A stretch of 64,000 nucleotides of DNA from Candidatus Micrarchaeota archaeon (GCA_043812915.1 JBDRLQ010000004.1:949-64948); one strand, 5' to 3'. Shown: positions 1 to 10,284, counted from the stretch's first letter. Notes: generated by a model not told the origin, from the sequence alone. Numbers and translations are program-made.

Positions 1-1
1 C

Positions 2-1210
2 GCGGTCGAGGCGAAAAAGAGGGAGGAGCTGGCAGGGGCGGTCTCATCGCTGCGCGCGACCGCGCAGGGCCGCCTGAACGAGCAGGAGCTCCGAAAGAAG
101 GAACTTCGGCAGAAGGAGGAGCGCCTGAAGCAGGTGGATGCCGGGCAGAAGGACGCGCTGGACCGGATTACCGAGGCTAAAAGGCTGATAGCGGCCGAGC
201 GGCAGGAGCTTGCCGGGCTTGAGGAGAAGATTGCAAGCGCCAGCAAGGCAATCGAGAAGATATTCGAGAGGATGAAATCCTATGAGGACGAATTGCAGGT
301 CCTGGGCAAGGAGATGGGCGAAAGCCGCATAGGGCTCGAGCGCCTCTCCAAGGACTTCAACCAGCTGAGCATAAGGAAGGCCACCAACTCCACGAGGCTC
401 GAGGACCTCAGGGCGGAATTTTCATCATACAATGATTTCACTTATCTTGAAGAGCCGAATGATGAGGACCTTCGGCGGGACATCGCCAGCTGCGAGAGGA
501 TGCTCTCCGAGATGGGCAATGTCAATATGGCCGCCATAGAGATGTATGACAAGAAGAAGGCCGAGATGGAGGAAATCCACGAGAGGATTGGCAAGCTCGC
601 CGATGAGCGCCGGGCAATCTTCCAGATGATATCCGAAATCGAGGAGCACAAGAAAGAGGCCTTCTTCGAGACCTTCTACGCGGTTTCAGAGAACTTCAAG
701 AAGATGTTCGAATACGTGCAGATCGGGGATGGCTACCTGTACCTGGACAAGCCGAACGAGCCCTTCGAGAGCGGGATGCACATCAAGATAAAGAGGAACA
801 ACCACGAGCACTCACTGAATTCCCTTTCTGGCGGGGAAACCACGATAGTGGCGCTGATGTTCATATTCGCGCTGCAGTTCTACAAGCCCTCGCCATTCTA
901 TATCCTTGACGAAGTGGATGCGGCGCTGGACAAGCCGAACAGCAGGAACCTTGCCGACATGGCAAAGAACATCTCCAAGGACAGCCAGGTGATAATGGTA
1001 TCGCACAATGACACCATAATGGCGAATGCGGATACCGTCCTTGGTGTCGCGAAGGTTGCCGGGGCATCAAAACTGGTTGGCGTGAAGCTGAAGCGGCCAT
1101 GGAAAACCGCTAGTACCGCTCACAGAACCCGGAGGGGTCCGCGCTTCCCTCTCTCCCTATCCTCCATCTTCTCTCAGTATAGGTGCCATGGCCGAAGAAA
1201 AGGTCGTTAA
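2..1210 (+). CDS. smc: SMC chromosome-segregation ATPase, C-terminal part (5' end outside window)
   Basis: Frame is open from the window edge. An E/K/L-rich coiled coil is followed by the ABC signature LSGGE and Walker B FYILDEVDAALD. The C-terminal ~45 aa overlap the convergent gene. Confidence 0.85.
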   Translation, partial: AVEAKKREELAGAVSSLRATAQGRLNEQELRKKELRQKEERLKQVDAGQKDALDRITEAKRLIAAERQELAGLEEKIASASKAIEKIFERMKSYEDELQVLGKEMGESRIGLERLSKDFNQLSIRKATNSTRLEDLRAEFSSYNDFTYLEEPNDEDLRRDIASCERMLSEMGNVNMAAIEMYDKKKAEMEEIHERIGKLADERRAIFQMISEIEEHKKEAFFETFYAVSENFKKMFEYVQIGDGYLYLDKPNEPFESGMHIKIKRNNHEHSLNSLSGGETTIVALMFIFALQFYKPSPFYILDEVDAALDKPNSRNLADMAKNISKDSQVIMVSHNDTIMANADTVLGVAKVAGASKLVGVKLKRPWKTASTAHRTRRGPRFPLSLSSIFSQYRCHGRRKGR

Positions 1211-1724
1211 GGCAGCGCCCCACTTCAACCGAGGTTTCCCTTGTCTCCCCATCCACGGTGTATTGAATTATTACGGGCTTCTCCTGGTCAAGGGGCACAA
1301 TCTCTATCCGCCTGCCGTCATCCTGGAATGGCGAAGCCCCGGACCCGTTGAACGGCTGGGATATCCTGGCAGTCACGATGATTGATGTCGCCAAGGACAT
1401 CTCCCCCGGCAGGTCATAGCTTCTGCCGAGCACTTCCAGGAAGGTCGATATTCCAGTAATCCTGAACCTGAAGGTTCCGCGCTGCACCTGCGCGCCGATG
1501 TCCATCTCGACATCGGAAACCCCCCCTATTCTCTCAAATACCTCCCTTTGGGAGTCGAACACTTCCTGCAGCCCGCACATGTCGCAATAAACTATATCCT
1601 CCCCTGGCATGCCTCCTAGCCTATCGCTGATTGCCGAGCCGCAGGATAGCATGAAAACTGCCGCGGCGGCAACGGCGGCGCGGGATAAGCGCCTTCCAGG
1701 GCTTCTGGAGGCTTGCACTTGCAT
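1110..1724 (-). CDS. hypothetical lipoprotein
   Basis: ORF 1110..1775. The internal ATG at 1724 gives MQVQASRSPGRRLSRAAVAAAAVFMLSCGS, an R-rich n-region, hydrophobic core and lipobox-like L-S-C. No recognised domain. Confidence 0.55.
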   Translation of the reverse strand: MQVQASRSPGRRLSRAAVAAAAVFMLSCGSAISDRLGGMPGEDIVYCDMCGLQEVFDSQREVFERIGGVSDVEMDIGAQVQRGTFRFRITGISTFLEVLGRSYDLPGEMSLATSIIVTARISQPFNGSGASPFQDDGRRIEIVPLDQEKPVIIQYTVDGETRETSVEVGRCLNDLFFGHGTYTERRWRIGREGSADPSGFCERY

Positions 1725-1932
1725 TTTTCCTGGCTTGCAGTCACTTGTTTTCGCTGGTTTCCGTTGAAAGCGCAAAGTATCACTTGTTCCTAGGTTTTAA
1801 GTCGTTTCAAGAACTCTTTTATCTGCTTATTAAAACATTTGTTAAAGTATGTGTTAGTATTTATATATGTTTGCGTATAATATAATATGTGCAGACTATA
1901 ACTTTTATAACTCTCGCGGGTATGTGATTTTC

Positions 1933-2490
1933 ATGGCAAAAAAGAAAGGTAGAGCATTATTCATCGGTCGCTTCCAGCCGTTTCATAAGGGGCACCAGAA
2001 TGCAATCGGCGATCTTCTCAAGAAGCATGATGAAGTGATAGTGGTTATCGGCAGCGCAGAGGATTCCTTCACCGGGCCGAACCCGTTCACCACTGGCGAG
2101 CGCATGGACATGATTCGCGCCTCGTTCAGCAAGGGCGACCGGAGCAGGCTGATAATCGTCCCAGTCCGTGATATCAATGATAACCGGGTATGGATTGACC
2201 ATGTGGTTTCCTATGTCCCGCCCTTCACGGAAGTATACTCAAACAACATGCTAGTGAAGATGCTTTTCTCCCAGGTCGGAATCCTCGTGAATCCCACGAA
2301 GATGCTCGAGAGGGAAGGGAATGAGGGCACTTATCTTCGGACCCTGATGGCAGAGGGGAATCCGGAATGGCAGAAGCACATCCCGGCCAAGACCATCGAG
2401 TACCTCACAGACATCAGGGCAGAAGAAAGAATGAAAAAGATAGCCAGGATGGGTGGTCTGAGGCTACCCAGGCGGCCTTGCTCCCACTGA
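1933..2490 (+). CDS. nadM: nicotinamide-nucleotide adenylyltransferase (archaeal NMNAT)
   Basis: GRFQPFHKGH nucleotidyltransferase motif close to the N-terminus. Size and layout are typical of archaeal NMNAT. ATG at 1933 chosen. Confidence 0.85.
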   Translation: MAKKKGRALFIGRFQPFHKGHQNAIGDLLKKHDEVIVVIGSAEDSFTGPNPFTTGERMDMIRASFSKGDRSRLIIVPVRDINDNRVWIDHVVSYVPPFTEVYSNNMLVKMLFSQVGILVNPTKMLEREGNEGTYLRTLMAEGNPEWQKHIPAKTIEYLTDIRAEERMKKIARMGGLRLPRRPCSH

Positions 2491-3561
2491 GGCTATCGAG
2501 ACAACAGTGCTTCCGATTGCCTTCCCCTTAACAACAACAGGGATGACATCCCCTGCATCATATGATGCGTCTGTTTCTATTTCGAATTCCCGGTCCTCCA
2601 GGGCATATATCCCGGCTGTCTGGGGAAGCGTTATGCTGTAGCTCCTCATGGAAACCCCATCGTACGGAAGCTCGAGCGTTTCATTGCTGAGCACTCTTAG
2701 CGTGGAGTCAGGCAGCTCATAGCCGATTTCACCGAAGTCCGCCTCAAGGCTCTCATTGTCCACGAAATCAGGAGAAACTCCTGCGCTGTACTGGTCTATA
2801 TACTCCACATAGGAAAGCTCCCGGAACCGCATTACCTCGTCAACCGTGAGGCTCCTGCTGAAATAGACAATGTCGTTCTGCGTGATGGAGAATTCATAGC
2901 CTGTGAGGTTGGAAGTGTCCAGGCTGTTCCTCTCGGACCATGGGATGCTGTATGAATATGATATGAAATTCAGCTTCTCAACAATTGCGTCCACTTCCTC
3001 CTCCAGCTCATCCGCAAGGATGGCGGCGTTGGTGGTGTTTACCAGCACATTGTCATACGCCAGCCCCACGAACTGCACGGATACCTGGCTGTCCTCCTCA
3101 AGGAATGGCTCCATTATCACCCTGACTATCCCGCCCCTGCTCTGGGCATCGATGGTGGAGCCGTTCTCAAGCATGAGCTCCACAGTTCCTGGAAGCGCGA
3201 TGTTGGCGATTGTCACTGTGGTGACGTTCGCTTCCCTTAGCATCTGCGCCAGCGGATAGACATCATCCCTGGTGGTGGTCTCAAGGAGCCAGCCGTCAGG
3301 CAGCTGGGTAAGTTCCCTGAATCCCTCATCATCACGTACCGAATCGAAGGATGACTCGTTGTAATCAAGCGATGCTATCAGCACCGGGTCGTAGGTCCGT
3401 ATGGTGCCGTTTATCACGGCAAGCCCATACATGCCAGTCCCGCTTGCTTTCGTTGTGGAGCCGAGGTTGCCAAGCATCTGGGGGGCAACCATGCTCCCGA
3501 ACATCACAATCACACCTACGAGTGCCAGAATCTTTATCTTGTCCTGTTTGTCCATGAACAT
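2464..3561 (-). CDS. hypothetical membrane-anchored/secreted protein
   Basis: 365-aa ORF with an N-terminal hydrophobic helix (ILALVGVIVMFGSMVAP). The rest is acidic and T/S-rich with no recognised domain. Confidence 0.55.
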   Translation of the reverse strand: MFMDKQDKIKILALVGVIVMFGSMVAPQMLGNLGSTTKASGTGMYGLAVINGTIRTYDPVLIASLDYNESSFDSVRDDEGFRELTQLPDGWLLETTTRDDVYPLAQMLREANVTTVTIANIALPGTVELMLENGSTIDAQSRGGIVRVIMEPFLEEDSQVSVQFVGLAYDNVLVNTTNAAILADELEEEVDAIVEKLNFISYSYSIPWSERNSLDTSNLTGYEFSITQNDIVYFSRSLTVDEVMRFRELSYVEYIDQYSAGVSPDFVDNESLEADFGEIGYELPDSTLRVLSNETLELPYDGVSMRSYSITLPQTAGIYALEDREFEIETDASYDAGDVIPVVVKGKAIGSTVVSIASVGARPPG

Positions 3562-3654
3562 CCTTCCGCATTAAGAAAAAAGCAGTATAGATACTGAACA
3601 AAAACCTTTAATTGCTTAGGCACGTCGTATCTATTGGATTCCAAGGTGCTGCAG

Positions 3655-4416
3655 ATGTCAATCTTCGATGAGAAAGCAAAGGCCGTTCCGGCTTACGATG
3701 CCCTGATAGCAAAGATGTACAAGGAAGACCTCGAGCGCATGGATTTCGCGGTGGGGCTCTCCAATGGGATAAGGCTTCTCCAGAGCGCGCTCTACAGCTC
3801 CATGCAATGGCCTGTCAAGTTCCACGAGCCAATGTTCGAGGCAAGGGCGATATACGCGGTCCCGCAGAACTATTACCAGAACATCTACCTTGACGGCGAG
3901 AAGCTCGGGGTCGCCTTCGCGCATGGCGCCATGAGGTCCATTTTTTTCGTCGGGGGGAACCTCGTCGCCCTCTCCAAGCAGGTGAACCATCGGGAAGGCA
4001 GGGAATTCTTCACCTCATACGTATTGCTGCACCTTGGGCCCGGGGAATTCTCCCACAAGGTGGATGGGGACAAGCTCTGGATAAGCGCGGATGTAAAGAA
4101 GCCCATGCTGAATCTCGCAACCGGAAAGCCGGAGATGAAGAGCGTTAAGTTCAACTTCGTGAACCAGTCCGTGATGAACCGGATTGTCAGCAAGGAGCAG
4201 GTCGTCCAGTCCGACAGGTTCAAGCAGGTGTACCAGAGGTTCGGGGGCGCGCGGGCGAAAGCGGCGTCCATAGACATCGAGGGATACGCGGTAACTGTTC
4301 CGCATTTCTCGCCTCACCCATACCTCCTGCAGCTGCACAAGGAATTCGGCTTCGAATCCAACCGCCAGATGCAGGAGCATGTGATTGACTATTTCAATGA
4401 GCATCTAGGCCTTTGA
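3655..4416 (+). CDS. hypothetical protein
   Basis: Long ORF. The ATG at 3655 is preceded by AAGGTG. No recognised motif. Confidence 0.55.
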   Translation: MSIFDEKAKAVPAYDALIAKMYKEDLERMDFAVGLSNGIRLLQSALYSSMQWPVKFHEPMFEARAIYAVPQNYYQNIYLDGEKLGVAFAHGAMRSIFFVGGNLVALSKQVNHREGREFFTSYVLLHLGPGEFSHKVDGDKLWISADVKKPMLNLATGKPEMKSVKFNFVNQSVMNRIVSKEQVVQSDRFKQVYQRFGGARAKAASIDIEGYAVTVPHFSPHPYLLQLHKEFGFESNRQMQEHVIDYFNEHLGL

Positions 4417-4507
4417 TTCTTTCTGATGTATTTTTTCTCTCCTGATGGGACTATTTATAAACACTAGGACACACTCAGGCTACCATCAACTATTATCCGG
4501 TGGGAGG

Positions 4508-5746
4508 ATGAACAGGACACTTAAGAGCAGAAGCATCAAGAGCGAGGGTTCGGCATGCCCAAATGGCCGGGCCACCGGCAGAATAAGGAATATCGCAGCA
4601 GCAGCGGTTCTTGCAGCGGGCCTGATGATGCCCGGAATGCTGCGCGCGCAGACCTGCCCAACCTCGGTCTCTTTCAGCGAGGCGGGGAAGATTGCAGCAA
4701 CAAGGTTCGAGTCCGCGGTCAAGTCATACGCCGACTTCTCGAAGATACGGCGGCTTGCGGGCTCGGCGCTTGACCAGCACATGGAGATGGCTACATTCAT
4801 TTATGTTGATGGGAGGGGCAGAGCCAAGCTCCGAGAGGCAACGGTCACTTCCATCTGCGGCACGTCCGGCATGGAATGCTCCAAGCAGCCGTCTCTGCCC
4901 GCCTGGACAGGAAGCCGGGTGGACTCACTGGCATTCCCCTCTGAAAATGTCCCGCCTGGCGGATGCATAATATCCCTTTCTGAAATCATACCCCGGATTG
5001 ACGAGTCCTCAGCCAAGGTGATTGCGGGCGCCCCGGAGAAGGTCCGCTCGCTCCCTCCGCGCAGGAAAGCAGAGAGCGTTCCTGCGGATAGCAGGCGCTT
5101 CGGGTTCGTGCAGGGCAAGCTGGTTCCAATTACTGAGAAGGGTTTCGTGGACCTTCCGTCCGGCCAGGCGCCTGACGGGAGAATGCAGGATGAATCCCAC
5201 ATCGACCCCAGGACAAGGGACGAGGCTGAGGCAGATGTGGTCCCGGCTGCGAAGATGGTCCTGGACAGGGACGGCTTCATATCGCATTTCGCTTCCGGAA
5301 AGCAGCTCGCGCAGATAAGGGAAACGGCACCTGCTGGCGGGAAGGCGGCCCGGCCTGCCGCATTGGACAAAGCCGCCGAAGCCCAATGTGGCGGAACAGG
5401 TTTCCAGCAGAGCGGCTTCTCATGGCTGGGCTGGATGGCGTATAGGAAGGGGATAGAGCCCTCGCTCTCCAAGCTCAGGGAAATCCTTGGCAGCAGGGCG
5501 ACGGAGGTCCGCTTCAGGGTGCGCCTTTACAAGGGCGGCTCAGTGACGCTTCTGGGAACGTATGGGATGCGGGGTGATGAGCGCATGGCGGATAGCGCAG
5601 AGATTGCCAAGGCCACGAACATAAGGACAATCCTTGATGAGCACACGCTCTCATATGCCGGCGGAACCTGCGAGTTTGTGATGGGCATCCCTCTTGAGAA
5701 GGGGCTCAAGCACAGGGACTTCACAAAGAATCTGGCTCTCCGCTGA
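4508..5746 (+). CDS. hypothetical secreted protein
   Basis: The ATG at 4508 is preceded by GGGAGG. A signal-like segment IAAAAVLAAGLMMPGMLRAQTC is present. No recognised domain. Confidence 0.5.
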   Translation: MNRTLKSRSIKSEGSACPNGRATGRIRNIAAAAVLAAGLMMPGMLRAQTCPTSVSFSEAGKIAATRFESAVKSYADFSKIRRLAGSALDQHMEMATFIYVDGRGRAKLREATVTSICGTSGMECSKQPSLPAWTGSRVDSLAFPSENVPPGGCIISLSEIIPRIDESSAKVIAGAPEKVRSLPPRRKAESVPADSRRFGFVQGKLVPITEKGFVDLPSGQAPDGRMQDESHIDPRTRDEAEADVVPAAKMVLDRDGFISHFASGKQLAQIRETAPAGGKAARPAALDKAAEAQCGGTGFQQSGFSWLGWMAYRKGIEPSLSKLREILGSRATEVRFRVRLYKGGSVTLLGTYGMRGDERMADSAEIAKATNIRTILDEHTLSYAGGTCEFVMGIPLEKGLKHRDFTKNLALR

Positions 5747-6608
5747 CTTGGCGCAGCAGCGAGTATCCGAGCATCTTGTAGGCGAGTTTCGCTGCGAAGA
5801 ATTCGGACTGGACAGAACCTGGGATCGGTATTAGTTCTACAATGTCAAACCCAACAACGTTTTTTTTCTCCGCGACCTTTCTTAGGAGCTCAATCCCCTG
5901 CTTCCAGTGAATCCCCCCGGGCTCTGGAGTGCCAACCCCCGGGACTTCGGAGGGGTCGAAGCCGTCCAGGTCGATTGTGACATAGACATTTTCAGAGAGC
6001 TGCCCAACGACCTTATCGGCCTCGAAGTCCGGCCCGTGCACGAACTCCTCCAGCCTGCTCCGCTTTATCCTGGCCATCTCCTCGCGTTCCATGCTCCTTA
6101 TTCCGACCTGCACCGCCCTGTCCACCTGCTCCCTTATCCTTGCCATCACGCAGGCGTGGCTGTGATTATCCCCATGATATTCCTCCCGCAAATCCGCGTG
6201 AGCGTCAATCTGCAGGACGGACAAATCAGAGTATTTCTCCTTCAGCGCGAGGACCGGCCCTGTGCTTATGCTGTGCTCGCCCCCAAAGACAATCGGGAAT
6301 TTGCCATCCCTGACAATCCCCCCAATGGCATCGCGCACCTTCATCATCGTCTTCTCAGATGTTTTTTCAGGCTCGAGGGGCTCGGCGGTACGTATCCCGA
6401 ATTCAAGAGCTGGTTCCTTGTCCAGCTCGATGTCATATAACTCAACCTGGTTGCTTGCGCTGATTATCGCGCCAGGGCCTTTCGCGGTGCCTTCCATGTA
6501 TGAGACTGTCCCTTCATAAGGAACCTGAAGCACTACTGCCCTGCTGTCAGCTGGTTCGTGCTGGAAACCCATGAATGCCTTTTTTGAGCTGGTGCCGGTG
6601 AATGTCAT
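5721..6608 (-). CDS. speB: agmatinase / ureohydrolase (arginase family)
   Basis: Arginase-family metal-binding motifs GGEHSIS, QIDAHADLR and TIDLDGFDP..PGVGTPEPGG. Confidence 0.85.
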   Translation of the reverse strand: MTFTGTSSKKAFMGFQHEPADSRAVVLQVPYEGTVSYMEGTAKGPGAIISASNQVELYDIELDKEPALEFGIRTAEPLEPEKTSEKTMMKVRDAIGGIVRDGKFPIVFGGEHSISTGPVLALKEKYSDLSVLQIDAHADLREEYHGDNHSHACVMARIREQVDRAVQVGIRSMEREEMARIKRSRLEEFVHGPDFEADKVVGQLSENVYVTIDLDGFDPSEVPGVGTPEPGGIHWKQGIELLRKVAEKKNVVGFDIVELIPIPGSVQSEFFAAKLAYKMLGYSLLRQVSGEPDSL

Positions 6609-6647
6609 AATTAGATATGCGCAGCGAATCTTTTTATTGCACCCAGA

Positions 6648-7004
6648 TTACCCGACCAGGCCGTTTTCCCTGGCGAATTCCTCAAACCTTTCAATCGTCT
6701 TCGGGCCGCATGGGGATTTGGACCTGGAGCGCAGGAGTTTGCGCCAGTCAGAATTGGCATCTATGAATCTTTTGAAGTCAACCAGGCTCGGATGCTCCAT
6801 CTTCAGGGCCTGCCGAAGAATATTGAAGAGCCTCACATCCATCCCCGGAATGACCCTCATCTTCCCGTATTCCGTTTCCCGTTCGACAATCTCCTTGGCC
6901 CTCATGGCGCTAACCTTGAAGTCCCGCCCGAGCTGGGCATAGGTGGCGCCTTTTTTCCTTTCTGCAAGAATTTGCCTGTTCCTCTTTTCTGTAGGATGCC
7001 CCAT
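6648..7004 (-). CDS. small putative HTH DNA-binding protein
   Basis: ORF 6648..7061. The ATG at 7004 follows the upstream gene's stop at 7009. RNRQILAERKKGATYAQLGRDFKVSAMRAKEIVERE resembles a sigma-70 region-4/LuxR-type HTH. Confidence 0.5.
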   Translation of the reverse strand: MGHPTEKRNRQILAERKKGATYAQLGRDFKVSAMRAKEIVERETEYGKMRVIPGMDVRLFNILRQALKMEHPSLVDFKRFIDANSDWRKLLRSRSKSPCGPKTIERFEEFARENGLVG

Positions 7005-7008
7005 CCAA

Positions 7009-7959
7009 TCAGCCCTGCGTGAGCTTCTTGAGCCTTGCGAGGCTTTTTGCCGGGGTCTCAATTGTATTCAGCAGGTAGACCGGGACGCGGCTGAAGAGCT
7101 CCCTGAAGAAAGCCACCCTTTTTGCTTTCTTTGCCCTGGTCCGTATCAGCTGGTGCGGGTTGCAGAAATCTGTCTTCACCATGTATCTGACCGCGTCAGC
7201 CGCCGTCAGCTTCTTGAGCGCAGGCTTCCCTTTCTCCCTGGCGAGTATCACGAAGACGGTAAGCGTGGAGTTCTGCCTAATCCTCCCGCCCCCGAAGAAC
7301 TTCTTGACATCCACGATTGCGCGCTGATTGTTGTCCATCCTGAGCCCCTTGAGCTTCTTGGCGAGCGCGGGCCAGCTCTCCGCAAGGTCATCGCGGATGT
7401 AGGAATTCTTCTCGGACGAATGCACTAGTATGTCTCCATCGGTCAATCGGACGAAGAACCAGTCATCCGTCAGGAAATTGTACCTCCTGTCAAGGAGCAG
7501 GCCATAGGTGAGCGTTGTCTTCCCGCTCTTCGAGGGCCCCGCGATGGCAACCCCCCTCCCGCCGAAATCTACGAAGGAGCCGTGAATCGAGTATCTCCTG
7601 TGCTCTGAAGTGAAATCCTCGAAGAAATCGGCGACAAGCGCAAGGGCGATGGACTTCACCCACCCGTAGTAATCGCAATTATGTACAATCACGGTCTTTG
7701 AAGATGGCTCATAGAGAACCCTGAGCTTCCTCCCGTTTCCGCAGACCGCAAAGAGCCTGGCGTGCGGCCTAATGGAATCCGGCATCGATTCGAAGTTGTC
7801 CTCCCACATCTCCTTGAACTCACTGGAATCCGTGAAGAACTTAACGCAAGTCCCGTGGATATTCGCTTTCATCTCAAAAAGCGAGGATGAATAAATCCGG
7901 TGCATCAGCTTCTCCTTCTTTTCCGGAGAAATCAGCTCCACTCCATATTTTTCTGCCAT
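7009..7959 (-). CDS. HPr-kinase-like P-loop protein (HprK C-terminal-domain-like)
   Basis: HGSFVDFGGRGVAIAGPSKSGKTTLTYGLL..YNFLTDDWFFV resembles the HprK catalytic core (HG..v...g.GvLi.G.SG.GKS...L......L.aDD). Confidence 0.6.
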   Translation of the reverse strand: MAEKYGVELISPEKKEKLMHRIYSSSLFEMKANIHGTCVKFFTDSSEFKEMWEDNFESMPDSIRPHARLFAVCGNGRKLRVLYEPSSKTVIVHNCDYYGWVKSIALALVADFFEDFTSEHRRYSIHGSFVDFGGRGVAIAGPSKSGKTTLTYGLLLDRRYNFLTDDWFFVRLTDGDILVHSSEKNSYIRDDLAESWPALAKKLKGLRMDNNQRAIVDVKKFFGGGRIRQNSTLTVFVILAREKGKPALKKLTAADAVRYMVKTDFCNPHQLIRTRAKKAKRVAFFRELFSRVPVYLLNTIETPAKSLARLKKLTQG

Positions 7960-8038
7960 GGCGTTCTATCCAAGCCATTGTTTAAAATAATAATGTCGCC
8001 CGCCGCTCCAGATAGTTTTTTTAAATTCCCTCACGCTT

Positions 8039-8911
8039 ATGCAGAGCATGGGATTCCTCAAGGAGCTCTATACACTGACAAGATTCGAGCATGCCCTCAT
8101 GCTCGCTATCGCGGTGCTTATCGCGATTGTGATTGTCCAGGGCGGCCTCCCATCCTGCCCCTGCATTCTCCTGGTGCTTCTGGTCCCCATATTCAGCGAG
8201 ATGGGCTCATTCGCCCTCAATGATTACCTTGACATAGAGGCTGACAAGGCAAACCGGATGGGCGGGCGCCCGCTTGTGAAGGGGACTCTATCACCGCGCT
8301 TCGCCCTGCAGTTCTCAATAGTCTGCCTGCTAGGCTCCACAATAATCGCGCTCTTCATCAATCCATATGCCTTCGTGATTGCGCTCGCCTTCAATGTGCT
8401 GGCCGTCCTCTACAACTGGAAACTGAAGGACCTCCCGCTTCTTGGCAACATTTACATCGGCACCACGATGGCAATCCCATTCATATTCGGGAACTACGTG
8501 GTTTCCCCGCAGCTTTCCGTGATGGCGGTCATCCTGGCACTTCTCGGATTCGTTGCCGGCCTTGCCAGGGAGATTGTGAAATCCGTGGAGGATATGGAAG
8601 GCGATATCAAGGCAAGGGCTTCAAGGACCCTGCCGGTCATAATCGGAGAGCGGCCGGCACTGATAATCGCGGCTCTCCTATACCTAATATTCATAGCGCT
8701 AACCGCCGCTCCAATCGCCTTCGGGATGAAAATCGCCATAATCCCAGCAATCATCATTCTGGCTGCGGACGCGGGGATACTCATTGTAGCATTCAGGCTT
8801 CTGACCATGAATAAGAGAAACCGGGGCAAAGCCCTCAAAGACGCGAGGAAGCAGAGCCTTGCCTTCCTTTTCCTCGGATTAATTGGCCTCCTGCTCGCTT
8901 CCTTACTTTAG
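8039..8911 (+). CDS. UbiA-family prenyltransferase, probable digeranylgeranylglyceryl-phosphate synthase
   Basis: Multi-TM protein with the UbiA Asp-rich motif NDYLDIEADKANRMGGRPL and a second acidic motif REIVKSVEDMEGD. Confidence 0.8.
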   Translation: MQSMGFLKELYTLTRFEHALMLAIAVLIAIVIVQGGLPSCPCILLVLLVPIFSEMGSFALNDYLDIEADKANRMGGRPLVKGTLSPRFALQFSIVCLLGSTIIALFINPYAFVIALAFNVLAVLYNWKLKDLPLLGNIYIGTTMAIPFIFGNYVVSPQLSVMAVILALLGFVAGLAREIVKSVEDMEGDIKARASRTLPVIIGERPALIIAALLYLIFIALTAAPIAFGMKIAIIPAIIILAADAGILIVAFRLLTMNKRNRGKALKDARKQSLAFLFLGLIGLLLASLL

Positions 8912-9013
8912 TTAACACCATGACGACTAATGTCGAAACATCTGCCGTCTTTCTGCAACCTTTATTAATCTTACCTTCTTCTTTAGAGAGCAATATTTCC
9001 CAATTGAGGTGAT

Positions 9014-9418
9014 ATGGATATGACAGAAAAATACGGAGAATGGGCATTCCTTCTTGGTGTGCTTCTTGCCGTAATTATCGGTCTGTTCTCAAGCAGCCTG
9101 GGAAGCGAAGTCATCACATACGTCTATGCGGTGCTTGTGCTCCTTGGTCTTGTGGTCGGACTGCTGAACATCCGGGAAAAGGAGATCAACTCCTTCCTGA
9201 TAGCAACAATAGCACTCATTGCAGTTGCGAGCTCGTGGCAGCCCGTCACGGCGATACTGACAACTGTATTGCAGGCAACCCCAGTCACGGCCGACCTCGG
9301 CTTGGCACTGGTCGCCTGGATGCAGGGATTCTTCGGAGCGCTTGTTGCTTTCGTCTCTCCGGCCGCGTTCGTCGTGGCGCTGAAGGCGGTATATAACCTC
9401 GCCGCAAGGGCGAGGTAA
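9014..9418 (+). CDS. hypothetical integral membrane protein
   Basis: 134 aa containing about four hydrophobic helices. No motif recognised. Confidence 0.55.
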   Translation: MDMTEKYGEWAFLLGVLLAVIIGLFSSSLGSEVITYVYAVLVLLGLVVGLLNIREKEINSFLIATIALIAVASSWQPVTAILTTVLQATPVTADLGLALVAWMQGFFGALVAFVSPAAFVVALKAVYNLAARAR

Positions 9419-9433
9419 TTTTTTCTTTTTCCC

Positions 9434-9901
9434 CTATTCTTTTTCCAGCGGGTTGAATTCTGCGGGGTGCTTGTGCGTAGTCAGTATGTGATTGCTTATC
9501 GTGCCGACAACCCCCCGCATATGCCTCACCGCCTTAATAACCCTCAATAACTCATCCTTGTCCCTTGCCCTAACCATTATTTGCGCATCACTCTTCCCGG
9601 TAATCTCATATAGCGCTTCCACACATGGGATTTTCTTGATTTCCGACATCAAATCGCCGTTCTCCGGGCTCTCGTCTATTTTTATCGTTACTATCGCCTG
9701 CGTCTCATAGCCTAGCCGCTCGAAATCAATGTCAATCCTGTGGCTGCGGATTATCCCCAGCCCCTCCAGTCTCTTCACCCTTTTGAGCAGGGTATTCTGG
9801 TGGACGTCAAGCTCATTTGCCATATTCTTAATCTGAGCTTTGGAATTCCTCCTCAGGCGGCATAATATCTCAATGTCTATGTGATCCAATTTCGCCTCCA
9901 T
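9434..9901 (-). CDS. lrp: Lrp/AsnC family transcriptional regulator
   Basis: N-terminal HTH (LDHIDIEILCRLRRNSKAQIKNMANELDVHQNTLLKRVKRLE..GII) followed by a RAM-like C-terminal domain. Confidence 0.9.
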   Translation of the reverse strand: MEAKLDHIDIEILCRLRRNSKAQIKNMANELDVHQNTLLKRVKRLEGLGIIRSHRIDIDFERLGYETQAIVTIKIDESPENGDLMSEIKKIPCVEALYEITGKSDAQIMVRARDKDELLRVIKAVRHMRGVVGTISNHILTTHKHPAEFNPLEKE

Positions 9902-10187
9902 CTAGTCACCCTTCAGGTAATGGGAAATTTTGTTGTTTATATTCATTTTCGGTGGCAGAATGTCTCCATCAACAGTCCCCTTAAAAAGGCGCTGTCGATA
10001 ACAACTTTCCGGGCTATTGAAGGAAACTCCCTCTCCCCTCCCCGTCAGGAAACCGTTTATAAACATTTCTTTTCATACTTCTCCTTTACTTATTAATTCC
10101 GGCGCGGTGGGTTCGTACCCACACCACGAGGGCGCAAGCTCTTGTCGGTCCCAATGTATCCAACCGGGGAGGGATTCTCTCTCTGTG

Positions 10188-10195
10188 TTATATTA
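10188..10195 (+). promoter_or_regulatory. TATA-box-like element upstream of the L3 operon
   Basis: TTATATTA lies about 90 nt upstream of the rpl3 ATG, in an otherwise GC-richer spacer. Confidence 0.35.
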
Positions 10196-10284
10196 GCGCT
10201 TCCAACGAGGTGTCAACCTCTGGAGAAACGCTATTGGAACCGTTTCGGTTCCCAATGGGCTCCGCGATAAGCAGGTGCGATAAG

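Noticed and set aside
10107-10122. tRNA T-arm-like hairpin GTGGG-TTCGTA-CCCAC followed by ACCACGA, upstream of the L3 operon
   Set aside because: The loop is 6 nt. There is no D or anticodon arm in the AT-rich upstream sequence and no GC-rich leader as in split-tRNA halves. It is probably just a hairpin in the spacer or leader.
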